The notes: a model not told the origin generated them from the sequence alone. Counted from the stretch's first letter, positions 9,045-18,358 are shown. The stretch: DNA of 64,000 bases from Peptococcaceae bacterium BICA1-8 (GCA_000802045.1 JUEF01000030.1:11767-75766); one strand, 5' to 3'. Made by a program: numbers and translations.

Positions 9045-9890
9045 GCCTCATCTTTCCGAGTCATGGTAGACGCATCGGTTACCCGACGCACCGGGCTCCT
9101 CGAGAATACTCCCTTCCGTAATCGGCTATCATTAATAGCCTCTTGGTATTTTTCGCAGTGAGGTTGGCACCATTTATCCAGCCCTGCATGTCCGGTAGGT
9201 GTTTCCTTTGCAAATTGCGTATTCCCGTTAATCCCTTCCCCATGTAGCCGGCTCTCTCGACCTCATAGTAATATGGATTAATCCGACTTCCTATAGGTCT
9301 TCGGTCAGCCTCTTTGTCGATTGCACATTCCTACCAATAATATTTATATAACTGGAACCTATAGGATCTCCCAAGTTCCGGATACTTCTCTCCATACATG
9401 CCACGTTCTAGGACCCCGACAGACCCTCCAAAATCTCACCAATAGCGATTTTTTTGTATTACTTCCGTGACATTAAACACGTCGTCATCTGCATTTTCCT
9501 CTGTTTCCAGAGTCCACGGTTAACGGGGCTCAATTGTGCTTCAGGGATTACGGTCTCCCTTATGGCCTATATGGTTCTCTAGGTAAAGAATCTAAGCGAT
9601 TCACACAAAAACTAAAAAAAGGTTTTTGGTTCTCTGCTTATGTGTACATTCACCTAGCAGTTACCAGTTTCGGCGCAACACTCGATATGGGTGGCTGGTT
9701 AGGCCTTGCCCAACAGGGACTTTCACCCTGCAAGAAGTACCAAACTTCGCTTGGCGTACTAACGTTCCCGGCATTCCCGACGCTCACCAACCTTAACGCC
9801 TTACCCAATAGGGTGAGTGTGGTCCGGCATGCTACTTGATTAAACTATACCGGACCCGTAAGTGGGAATGGACGTGTTAGCCGGGGTAGC
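9045..9890 (-). ncRNA. GC-rich ORF-free structured segment, family unassigned (degenerate group-II-intron-like or other large ncRNA, or decayed DNA)
   Basis: About 0.85 kb with no credible ORF in six frames and many local hairpins. On the minus strand, GAGCCCGGU-GCGUCGG-GUAA-CCGAUGC (9058-9098) resembles a domain-5-like GNRA hairpin with an AGC base. GGGUGAAAGUCCC lies near 9717-9729. Confidence 0.3.
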
Positions 9891-9895
9891 ATCTT

Positions 9896-10684
9896 TTAAA
9901 AAGGTATATCCTCTTTTCGTATCAAAAGTGAATCTACAAGATAAGTAATATAGGCAGCAACTAAATTTAAAATCAGTTCCGCCTCAGTTTCTGTAACTTT
10001 GGATCCTTCAGGAGATGAATGTGCAACGCCCTGACTTTCACCCCGAAAAGCATATATTTTAATAATACTTTCAGTAATAGTGGGGGGAATATTGATTAAA
10101 TCCGATTTTTGGAGTTCCCGAATTGCCTTGGTAAAATTTACTGACGCCTTCTTACCCGTAATGATTTCTATACAAGACTCTAATGCACACATAGATTCCT
10201 TTACACAATTAGTTAAATCCGGAATAGGCTTTTCCCCGAAAAACTTAAGTGCCTTATTATAATGTTGCCTCACTAAATATAATTCGCTGTTGGAGAGGAT
10301 TGCCCCCATTCTCTTAATACTCTTCTGTGTATGTAGTCTTCCTTCTCTCTCAAACTGTCCATTGTTAAATCTATAATCTAAATTTTCTTCACATAACAAA
10401 TTATTAATTTCATGTGTAAAATACTCTTTTACTTCTTCAATAGATACTAATATCTGCATTAATTGGTTATCACGGACATCAGTTAAAAGTATTGCATATA
10501 TTCGTTCACAAAGTGAATATATCTTGTACCATTCTACACTTTGAAGCAACCAATTAAACTCATCTAGGTAAGTTTGAAAATTGTTATAGCCTTTTTCTAC
10601 CCGTCCAAGTCGATATAACTCATTAAGAACAGTTCCCCATGCCGAGGAGTTATTGTTTTCTGCAATATAACGCCGATGTACCAT
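9896..10684 (-). CDS. AbiJ-N-terminal-domain / HEPN-like (Abi_C-like) protein, possibly 5'-truncated
   Basis: 262 aa. The C-terminal FRGESQGVAHSS resembles the R-x(n)-H HEPN/Abi_C motif. The frame is open upstream (LFEKPISDDFPNTVRIGLSFIIED) but has no start codon there. Confidence 0.45.
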   Translation of the reverse strand: MVHRRYIAENNNSSAWGTVLNELYRLGRVEKGYNNFQTYLDEFNWLLQSVEWYKIYSLCERIYAILLTDVRDNQLMQILVSIEEVKEYFTHEINNLLCEENLDYRFNNGQFEREGRLHTQKSIKRMGAILSNSELYLVRQHYNKALKFFGEKPIPDLTNCVKESMCALESCIEIITGKKASVNFTKAIRELQKSDLINIPPTITESIIKIYAFRGESQGVAHSSPEGSKVTETEAELILNLVAAYITYLVDSLLIRKEDIPF

Positions 10685-11085
10685 ATCTTCAATGATGAAA
10701 CTTAAGCCAATACGGACAGTATTTGGAAAATCATCAGATATTGGTTTTTCAAATAATACTTGCTACAATCACCATTTTCCTAATTATTAGCTATTCTTCT
10801 TAATATTTCTATTTCCTTTAACAAATTTCCCCGTAATATCGACAATAATAAGTCACCAAAGGCTTTTTCACAATATTAGCATTTTAGAAAATAAATAACC
10901 TGAGTCCCCTATATTAAGTAAACTCAATAACTTTAGCTTATTAATTTTCAATAAAATATAGGGTTTCGCCCTTATATACTCTACTCTAATCTCTGAGGAC
11001 TTGATATATCCCAAAGTCAGTGATGTGGAAAATGTGCTAGTAAAAAGGGTGGATGGAGGTATTTAAATCTACTGAATTCTTATTC

Positions 11086-12594
11086 CTATTGACAAGACAA
11101 GTATGTAAAATAAACATCATCCATTGGATTATTTACAACAAACTCAATAACCCATTGACGTGAAGGTTCTAATATTGAATCTGGGTTATTCCAGACGAGG
11201 CGATCCCTTGCCTGCCAATGGTTTAATCCTTTATAATCTTCCTTTTTCATTTCCTCCCATACTGCCTGGGCATTTTTAGATTGATTGGAAACAGGTTCAT
11301 CAGGAGAACCATCCATCTCATTGAAGTAATAACCAGTAATGGCTGCTTTCCATTTATTTTTGCCATCTTGTGTTTTATCTTTTTCCAAGGAAGTCAATTC
11401 ATAAATATATCCTCCATGATCACTCCACCCTATCGGAATATACCTGCCATCCTCCAAGGTTAAATAATGAGAGGACTTGTGGGTATAGTTAATATTCCCA
11501 AAATATTTTTTAACCAGATTATCAAACTGCTCCTCGGTAATTCCCGTTTCATAAGAAACATTGGTAGCTTTTTCATAAATATATTTGCTAAGTTCATCCC
11601 AGTTGGGAACTTGCCCTAGAGAATAAGCTGGCAGAGATCTGATTTCTGACGGATTATTACTAAAGTAATCGTTAAAAAAGATGATGGTACATAAGGAAAT
11701 ATTTATTTCTCCATTTTGTATTTGACGTAAATAAAAATCATACTGATATTCATACTTCCAATTATTAAATGAAATCTTAGCTTCTTCAAAGGGTTGTACA
11801 TCCCAATCAACTTCTGCTGCCTTACCTTCTTGGACCCTGATGCCACCCCATCTTCCATCTTCTTTTACAAAAATTATATCCTCCGGTACGTTAAGCACAT
11901 CCATGAAAGCAGCATCCCATTTAATATCAACAAGGGGTTTCCCTTTCCGGGTTAAATATCCATATTTCTCCCTTTGTTTAACCTTAATAAAGGGTTCTAC
12001 TTCTTCGTAATAATTAAGCTCAATAAATTCATACTCTGGCTTTATTATCATAGTGCCACTTTGATCGACAGCACCCCATAAACCCTCCGCCTTTACTCCT
12101 ACAAGACCATTAGCCTTGAACCCATCAGGCATTTCAGCATTTTGTATTTCATCAAAGACATGATCGATTATTTGTATGCCGGTCTTATCATAAAGGCCCC
12201 ATTTACCATCTTTTTTCGCAAAAACAAGGTTTAACATAAGGTCATAGTCCTCAAAGCCAGTGAGGATAATATCGCCCCCATCATAGGCAAGGACTTTTTT
12301 GCCATCCTTTAAGGTTGAGATAATATAATCTGTTGTTTTTTCTCCAGCCTCACCAAGCCAGTAGCTTATAGTAAACTTTTCAGATTCCAGTGGTTTTTCC
12401 GAGCTAGCATCTTCCGTTTTTTTCTCCCCACTTGTTATATCTTTTTCCTTATTAACTTCTTGGATAGGCTCATTTATTATTGGCTTTTGTTCAAGTACTT
12501 CATTCTCTATAGGGGATTTACCCTGACAGCCAATTAGGATGCTGAAGATAATAATAATTATGGCTGTAAATATTATTAAACTACCTTTATTCAT
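11086..12594 (-). CDS. lipoprotein with WG/KWG-type repeats
   Basis: Lipobox LIGC after a signal peptide when started at MNKGSLII (RBS GGGGGA). Repeated KWGLYDKTG / LWGAVDQSG / KYGYLTRKG / RWGGIRV motifs. Confidence 0.7.
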   Translation of the reverse strand: MNKGSLIIFTAIIIIIFSILIGCQGKSPIENEVLEQKPIINEPIQEVNKEKDITSGEKKTEDASSEKPLESEKFTISYWLGEAGEKTTDYIISTLKDGKKVLAYDGGDIILTGFEDYDLMLNLVFAKKDGKWGLYDKTGIQIIDHVFDEIQNAEMPDGFKANGLVGVKAEGLWGAVDQSGTMIIKPEYEFIELNYYEEVEPFIKVKQREKYGYLTRKGKPLVDIKWDAAFMDVLNVPEDIIFVKEDGRWGGIRVQEGKAAEVDWDVQPFEEAKISFNNWKYEYQYDFYLRQIQNGEINISLCTIIFFNDYFSNNPSEIRSLPAYSLGQVPNWDELSKYIYEKATNVSYETGITEEQFDNLVKKYFGNINYTHKSSHYLTLEDGRYIPIGWSDHGGYIYELTSLEKDKTQDGKNKWKAAITGYYFNEMDGSPDEPVSNQSKNAQAVWEEMKKEDYKGLNHWQARDRLVWNNPDSILEPSRQWVIEFVVNNPMDDVYFTYLSCQ

Positions 12595-12632
12595 AAAATA
12601 TCCCCCACAGTTTTTATACATTAATCGTAAGA

Positions 12633-14348
12633 TTACCCCTCCCTATAGATATTACCACCTACACACACTATTTCATCCTTCTCAAGATAAATAGGCTTCA
12701 GGGAGTTATCAATCTCAATCTTCCCAATACTGTCATTTAGCAAATCCCATGTTAATAAATACTTATGGGTTTCTCCCTCTGGATTGTTTTTATGGGTCAT
12801 TGTTAGAATACTATTCCCTGCATTATCCCATTTAATTAAACTGTTATCGAAATAATCCAATTCCACATCCTTAATAGACAGGGAATGGGTTGTCTCTCCA
12901 TTTATGCTTAACACTTTAATATTCTGTTGCCCAAAATGTATCCCCTCATCTGTTACTTCCATAATAGCTATCTTTTTACCATCAGGCGATACTGTTGGCC
13001 TAATATAATTAGGTAAGTTTAAACTGATTGCACCACTATTAATGTCCAGAATCTGAATTGAGGGCTTATCTGTCTCCTGATTCCATGTTTCTATGACTAC
13101 TTTTTCTCCATCTAACCATTGAAAATGAATAGGTAAAACAGTTTGCAAATTACTGCTATACCGTGGAAACAGTGAAGTAGGCAAGTTGATTAAGACTTGA
13201 CCCTCTAGATCCAGTATCAGCAAACTTAGCGGTATCCCATCCCTATCACCGTGGTCCCTTAGTTGGCAGGCAAACACAGCTATCTTTTCTCCACTAGGGG
13301 CGGGACTCCCACCTAAAAGCAATAAATCCTCTGGGAGCTGGAATTTATTTAACTTTCCAGTACCAACCTCATACACAGATGTCTCATCAAGTAGTATTTT
13401 AGCTGAATCTGCAAACCATTTTGCATCCCAAAACCAAGTATAAAATTCCTCGTCCAATTCTTTAATTTCACCGGTATTAGTATTATAAAACACTGGCATG
13501 CCTCCCTGGGCTTCCCCCCCATCAAAGGTAATCCTGACCATGGACAGCCAATTTCTATCGGGAGACGGATTAAAATAATAATACTGAAGGTCTTTAATTG
13601 TCCCTAATGACTTCTTTTTCCCCGTTTTACTATCTAAAGACCATAAATAATGGGCATATTCAGTAGAGAGATCAGCCAGTACCTCGTTGTCCTTATTTGA
13701 TAGCTGTTTATACTTAATAATCCCGTCCTGCCCCCATCCCTCTACTGTGTAAAAATACTCCTTAGTACCCATAGCTATAGGGACAAAATATAAATCATTA
13801 TTGAAGTTCTTAATCAGTAGGTCGGTAGACTTTACATAATCCCCTCCGCCGGACCAGACTTCTCTTCTTTGGGTAAAGCAGATCTTATCTCCATCCGGTG
13901 ACCAAAAAGGCCCGGTTTCATAATCAATATTTACTCCAGAATATTCCTCTTGAGTGTTAACAACCATTGCCCTTTTCAAATCCGGCCAATCTAGAAGAAT
14001 ATATTTAGAATTGGATGACCAGCTTAAGTCTGAAAAATTATCAGCCTTAACTTTCATTTCCTTAGCATTCTGGAAATCTTGTCCAATACTAATAAACAGC
14101 CTCCGATCCCATGATTTGCCCACAAGATAAGCGGTGTATTTTTTATCCGGCGATACCACTTCTGCAACAATTTCAACATTTTTTTCCTCAATCGGGGATT
14201 TATTAGGGCTATTAGAAACCGTTTCTTCCTTTTGTTTTGCTTGTTCTGTATTCTTTTCTAAAGGTTCGGGGTATTTCTCCTGATTTACAGAACAGGCAGT
14301 AAGAAACAATATTAAGGTAACAATTATACATAAGCTCTTTTTAACCAA
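12633..14348 (-). CDS. lipoprotein with TolB-like beta-propeller repeats
   Basis: Signal peptide with LTAC lipobox. Recurrent SPDG(K/D)K..(I/F) motifs typical of WD40-like beta-propeller (PD40) repeats. Confidence 0.6.
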   Translation of the reverse strand: MVKKSLCIIVTLILFLTACSVNQEKYPEPLEKNTEQAKQKEETVSNSPNKSPIEEKNVEIVAEVVSPDKKYTAYLVGKSWDRRLFISIGQDFQNAKEMKVKADNFSDLSWSSNSKYILLDWPDLKRAMVVNTQEEYSGVNIDYETGPFWSPDGDKICFTQRREVWSGGGDYVKSTDLLIKNFNNDLYFVPIAMGTKEYFYTVEGWGQDGIIKYKQLSNKDNEVLADLSTEYAHYLWSLDSKTGKKKSLGTIKDLQYYYFNPSPDRNWLSMVRITFDGGEAQGGMPVFYNTNTGEIKELDEEFYTWFWDAKWFADSAKILLDETSVYEVGTGKLNKFQLPEDLLLLGGSPAPSGEKIAVFACQLRDHGDRDGIPLSLLILDLEGQVLINLPTSLFPRYSSNLQTVLPIHFQWLDGEKVVIETWNQETDKPSIQILDINSGAISLNLPNYIRPTVSPDGKKIAIMEVTDEGIHFGQQNIKVLSINGETTHSLSIKDVELDYFDNSLIKWDNAGNSILTMTHKNNPEGETHKYLLTWDLLNDSIGKIEIDNSLKPIYLEKDEIVCVGGNIYREG

Positions 14349-14503
14349 TTTTATATCGCCCTTTCTCTAGTTCGCAAACTGATAAGCAAAGTTCCATTTT
14401 TTTAATACTATTTTTTTCTTTTAAGGAGAACAACCACAATAATTATTCCAATAATAAGAAGGATTACTGCACCCCCCAAATGCCTTATCCGGTGTCTAAA
14501 TTA

Positions 14504-15142
14504 TTACTTATTATCTGAACCGGTAAACGCTGTAGCTACTCCTAAAGCTATGTAAATACTTCCTGTTATATATCGTTGAGCTTTTAAGTATGATGTTTTT
14601 CTCTTGAGCCATTTGCCTATACTTCCAGCTAGCAATGCAAATGATGTGTCTGTTAAAATTGCCAACATAATAAAGACTAGTCCAAGAAACATTATTTGTG
14701 CACTGGTACTTCCTTTTGACACATCGATAAATTGTGGTAAAAATGCTAAAAAAAACAAAGCAGTTTTTGGATTAAGGAGGTTTACTAGTATAGCTTTGTA
14801 AAAAACTACTGAGAGTTTGTTGTTCTTAATTTCATTATCATTACCCTCTAGCATCTCTTGTTTAATTAATTTACAAATACCTAAATATATTAGATAACCA
14901 GCACCAATAAATTTTATAATATTGAATGCGGTAGCTGATGCCATTAATAGTGCCGATATGCCAAAGGTTGCAGCTATTACATGGATAAAGCTCCCTAATT
15001 CTATACCTAATACAGCAATAATACCTGCTGATCGTCCTTGCTCTATACTCTGTGTCATAATGTAAATAATTGATGGTCCAGGAGTAATTAATAAAATCAA
15101 TGATGCTCCTGCAAACAATATAAGTGTAGTAATATCCGGCAT
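14504..15142 (-). CDS. LysE/RhtB family exporter
   Basis: 212 aa, 6 TM, N-terminal LTPGPS motif typical of RhtB/LysE translocators. Confidence 0.85.
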   Translation of the reverse strand: MPDITTLILFAGASLILLITPGPSIIYIMTQSIEQGRSAGIIAVLGIELGSFIHVIAATFGISALLMASATAFNIIKFIGAGYLIYLGICKLIKQEMLEGNDNEIKNNKLSVVFYKAILVNLLNPKTALFFLAFLPQFIDVSKGSTSAQIMFLGLVFIMLAILTDTSFALLAGSIGKWLKRKTSYLKAQRYITGSIYIALGVATAFTGSDNK

Positions 15143-15187
15143 TTTGCTTTCCTCCTAATTAAAAGTCCCACTAGAATTAGTTTTGCA

Positions 15188-15592
15188 TTACTCAATTACA
15201 AACGAAATCCTCATTGTACCTTTTGTACCCTCTTCTGTTTCAGCAGTAAAGGCACATTGGTAACGACCTTTATCTAATTTTGTTAGCAGAACGCTATTTG
15301 TATATTCATCTCCGTTGTTAAGAACTATATCCTTCCCACCATCTTCACTGGTATATTTTCTATTCGTGGTTGTATTTCTTACCTCATATTGCTCAATATT
15401 ACCATATAGAAATGTTGCCGTTATGTCTGATTTATTTGTTACGTTCCATTTTAATTTACAATAGTCTGTGCCCTTCTCAGCAACTCTGACGCTAACCTCA
15501 ATTATAGGTAAATCTTTGTTTTCCGTGCAGGCAGAAAGCACTAAGGTTGCTAAAATTAGAACAACTACCAATACTACTTTTGTAAAACGCAA
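15188..15592 (-). CDS. small lipoprotein (possibly BsuPI-like fold)
   Basis: Signal peptide plus LSAC lipobox, with a beta-rich mature part. Confidence 0.5.
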   Translation of the reverse strand: MRFTKVVLVVVLILATLVLSACTENKDLPIIEVSVRVAEKGTDYCKLKWNVTNKSDITATFLYGNIEQYEVRNTTTNRKYTSEDGGKDIVLNNGDEYTNSVLLTKLDKGRYQCAFTAETEEGTKGTMRISFVIE

Positions 15593-15900
15593 ATTCTACA
15601 ACTCCTTCTATGTAACTTATTTCAGTTTTTCATTAAAAAGTTCATCTGATGAATTTGTTATGTTTAGATTGTTTGTACTTACATGGGTATAAATTTCTGT
15701 AGTTTTTAAAATATTAATTCATCTTATCACCAAATTTTTACATAATAATTAAGTATTCCGTTCTTCTTCTCACTTTCCTTCCCCAAAATTCCCCTTAATT
15801 TCGACAAAATTAAGGCTCCATTTAAAGAAAATGCTTAGTCTAAACCAAGTTATCTATTTAATGGTATGATATAGAAGATCTACAAATTTCTTATCTGGCG

Positions 15901-16986
15901 GTGATTTATTTGCGAATAGGAGTTTTAACAGGTGGTGGTGATTGTCCTGGTTTAAATGCAGTAATTAGGGCAGTGACCAGAACGGCTATCTCCCACGGTG
16001 ATACAGTTTTTGGCTTTAAGGATGGCTTTAAAGGGCTAATTGAAAATCGTTACATTTCTTTAAATCATGATAGTGTTTCGGGGATATTAATCCGGGGAGG
16101 GACTATTTTAGGTACGACAAATAGGGACAACCCTATGAGATATGGACAGATAGTAAATGGAGAAAAGGTCTATAGTGATATGTCGGGGGTAATCAAAGAG
16201 AATTATCAGGCATTAGGCCTGGACGCCTTAGTTGTTATCGGCGGTGACGGTACCATGCGTATGGCCAATGAGATAGCGGAAAAAACCAATATCAAGGTGG
16301 TCGGTGTTCCGAAAACCATTGACAATGACATTGTTGGTACAGATCTGACCTTCGGTTTTTCCAGTGCTGTTGATATTGCCACAGAGGCTTTAGATAGGCT
16401 CCATTCTACAGCGGAATCCCACCACAGAGTTATGATTTTAGAGGTTATGGGAAGGGATGCTGGCTGGATTGCCCTTCATGCAGGGGTAGCAGGTGGAGCA
16501 GATATTATTTTGATCCCCGAAATTTCCTATAATATTGAAGGAATCCTTAATACCATAAATAACCGAATCAAAAGAGGTAAGCATTTTAGCCTTATTGTTG
16601 TAGCAGAAGGAGTGAAAACTCCCGAAGGGGATAGTATCTTTAAAGATATCATAAAATCAGATATCGATTTGGTTAAACTTGGCGGTATAAGTAACTGGCT
16701 AGTTAAAGCTATCGAAGCAGCAAGTAGTATCGAATGCCGGGCTACAATTTTGGGTCATTTACAACGGGGAGGCTCCCCTAACAGCTTTGACCGTGTTTAC
16801 TGTACCCAACTAGGAGCAAAGGCTGTAGAGTTGATTTACCAGGGTAAATTCCAGGAGATGGTCGCACTTATAAATAGCAATATTACCAGTGTACCTTTAT
16901 CGGGAGTGAAAGGTATTAAACTAGTAGATCCAGATGGGCAATTGGTTAATACGGCAAAGCAAATAGGCATATCATTCGGACAATAA
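15901..16986 (+). CDS. pfkA: ATP-dependent 6-phosphofructokinase
   Basis: GVLTGGGDCPGLNAVIR, IGGDGT, PKTIDNDI and MGRDAGWIA motifs. The real start may be the in-frame TTG at 15910. Confidence 0.9.
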   Translation: MIYLRIGVLTGGGDCPGLNAVIRAVTRTAISHGDTVFGFKDGFKGLIENRYISLNHDSVSGILIRGGTILGTTNRDNPMRYGQIVNGEKVYSDMSGVIKENYQALGLDALVVIGGDGTMRMANEIAEKTNIKVVGVPKTIDNDIVGTDLTFGFSSAVDIATEALDRLHSTAESHHRVMILEVMGRDAGWIALHAGVAGGADIILIPEISYNIEGILNTINNRIKRGKHFSLIVVAEGVKTPEGDSIFKDIIKSDIDLVKLGGISNWLVKAIEAASSIECRATILGHLQRGGSPNSFDRVYCTQLGAKAVELIYQGKFQEMVALINSNITSVPLSGVKGIKLVDPDGQLVNTAKQIGISFGQ

Positions 16987-17034
16987 CAAAAGGGCGACTA
17001 TAAACTATTGACCATAGACCATAGACTATTATAA

Positions 17035-17075
17035 GTCACCAGTCACTAGTGACTAGTCACTAGTCACTAGTCACT
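17035..17075. repeat. ACTAGT-containing heptamer tandem array (CACTAGT/GACTAGT)
   Basis: gtcaccagtcactagtgactagtcactagtcactagtcact, preceded by accatagaccatagactatt (17011-17030). Confidence 0.85.
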
Positions 17076-17158
17076 TATTTACCCACTTCTCTTCATTCAC
17101 CTTTCCTCAAAATTATGCATATTCTATAGTGATAATTTTGAGGAAGGGTGATTTTTTT

Positions 17159-17746
17159 ATGAGTTGTAATGTGAGGATTCTAAATGCTTGTCCCGGTCCA
17201 AGATGTTTAGACATTTATACAAATGACCTGCTTTTAAAAGACAATTGTTCATATAAGTATTTATCCGATTATACCTATGTTGATCCCGGTGACCACAATA
17301 TTAAAGTTTATAAATCCGGTAATAAACACTATCCAATTTTAAAGGCTTATACAAACCTTGTCGATACATCTTGTCATACTATTATCGCTTCAGGCCAAAA
17401 TTCTGATATGAGCCTATTTCTGGTCCCCGACGCCCATGTACCAGTAGCTACAGGTAAAGCATTTCTGAGATTTGTAAATTTGGCTGATTCACCCGATTTA
17501 GATTTCACCTTTACTGATGGAGCCTTTATTATGGTAAATGATATTGAATACAAAGAAGCAACTCAGTATTATCCGGTAACCCCAGGCACTTATACGGTAA
17601 AGGTTTTTATCTCCGGAACCAAACAACTCCTAATGGAAGTGCCTAATTTTACCCTAAGGCGGGGAAGATCTTATACACTTTATATTCTCGGTTTAATGAG
17701 TGATTGGAATATGATGGGACATATAGTCTGTTCGGATGGGGAATGA
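17159..17746 (+). CDS. DUF4397-like protein
   Basis: Start at MSCNVRILNA with RBS GAGGAAGGG. Two repeats of the V(R/K).(L/V)N..P....D(I/F)... beta pattern seen in DUF4397. Confidence 0.55.
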   Translation: MSCNVRILNACPGPRCLDIYTNDLLLKDNCSYKYLSDYTYVDPGDHNIKVYKSGNKHYPILKAYTNLVDTSCHTIIASGQNSDMSLFLVPDAHVPVATGKAFLRFVNLADSPDLDFTFTDGAFIMVNDIEYKEATQYYPVTPGTYTVKVFISGTKQLLMEVPNFTLRRGRSYTLYILGLMSDWNMMGHIVCSDGE

Positions 17747-17750
17747 GGAA

Positions 17751-17778
17751 TGGGGGCACACCTGTCCCCATCTTTTTT
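17751..17778 (+). terminator. rho-independent terminator
   Basis: tgggggcacacctgtcccca hairpin followed by tcttttttc. Confidence 0.55.
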
Positions 17779-17853
17779 CATTTTTTCCACTTTGTTTCAT
17801 ATCGAAAATATGTTAATATTTTTTATAGATCTGTTATAGAAGGAGATGAAAAA

Positions 17854-18354
17854 ATGAACACAAGGAAATTAACCTTTTCCGCCTTACTTATTGCTCTTGG
17901 TACTTTACTTGGCCATGTTATCTACATACCGGTAGGAGTAGCTAAATGCTTTCCGATTCAACACACTATTAATGTTTTATCAGCGGTCCTATTAGGCCCT
18001 GGTTACGCCCTTTCAAATGCCTTTTTAATTTCCCTTCTTAGAAATATTTTAGGGACAGGCTCGCCGCTAGCCTTTCCGGGAAGTATGCTAGGTGCTATTT
18101 TAGCAGCTTACCTTTTCCAAAGAACAAAAAAGTATTCCTATACAGTAGCGGGAGAAATATTTGGCACAGGTGTTTTAGGGGGATTGGCCTCCTACCCCAT
18201 TGCAAAGTATGTTTTAGGAAAGGAAATAGCCGTAATGTTTTTTGTAATACCCTTTTTAATTAGTACAATCGGCGGCAGCTTAATTGGCTTGGCAATTCTT
18301 AAGCTCTTAGAACGAAATGCATGGTTAGAAAAACAGGGCTTCCTAAGGAGATAA
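17854..18354 (+). CDS. thiW: energy-coupling-factor S component ThiW (thiazole precursor uptake)
   Basis: MNTRKLTFSALLIALGTLLGHVIYIPVGVAKCFPIQHTINVLSAVLLGP is ThiW-like. RBS AAGGAG lies 8 nt upstream. The longer listed ORF start is an upstream extension. Confidence 0.7.
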   Translation: MNTRKLTFSALLIALGTLLGHVIYIPVGVAKCFPIQHTINVLSAVLLGPGYALSNAFLISLLRNILGTGSPLAFPGSMLGAILAAYLFQRTKKYSYTVAGEIFGTGVLGGLASYPIAKYVLGKEIAVMFFVIPFLISTIGGSLIGLAILKLLERNAWLEKQGFLRR

Positions 18355-18358
18355 TCTC

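Noticed and set aside
9534-9839. 101-aa plus-strand ORF inside the GC-rich segment.
   Set aside because: Its composition (MCFRDYGLPYGLYGSLG...) is not protein-like, it has no RBS, and the surrounding 0.85 kb is closed in all other frames. I treated it as non-coding.
9045-9890. RNase P RNA, tmRNA or a cobalamin riboswitch, prompted by the GGGUGAAAGUCCC motif.
   Set aside because: The flanking sequence lacks the other universally conserved blocks as I recall them: the RNase P P4 strands, the tmRNA tRNA-like ends and tag ORF, and the B12 box. The length is also wrong for a riboswitch.
17747-17853. TPP riboswitch expected upstream of thiW.
   Set aside because: The spacer has no CUGAGA or ACCUGAUCUGGAUAAUGCCAGCG-type THI-box elements. 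It contains only a terminator hairpin and an AT-rich promoter region.
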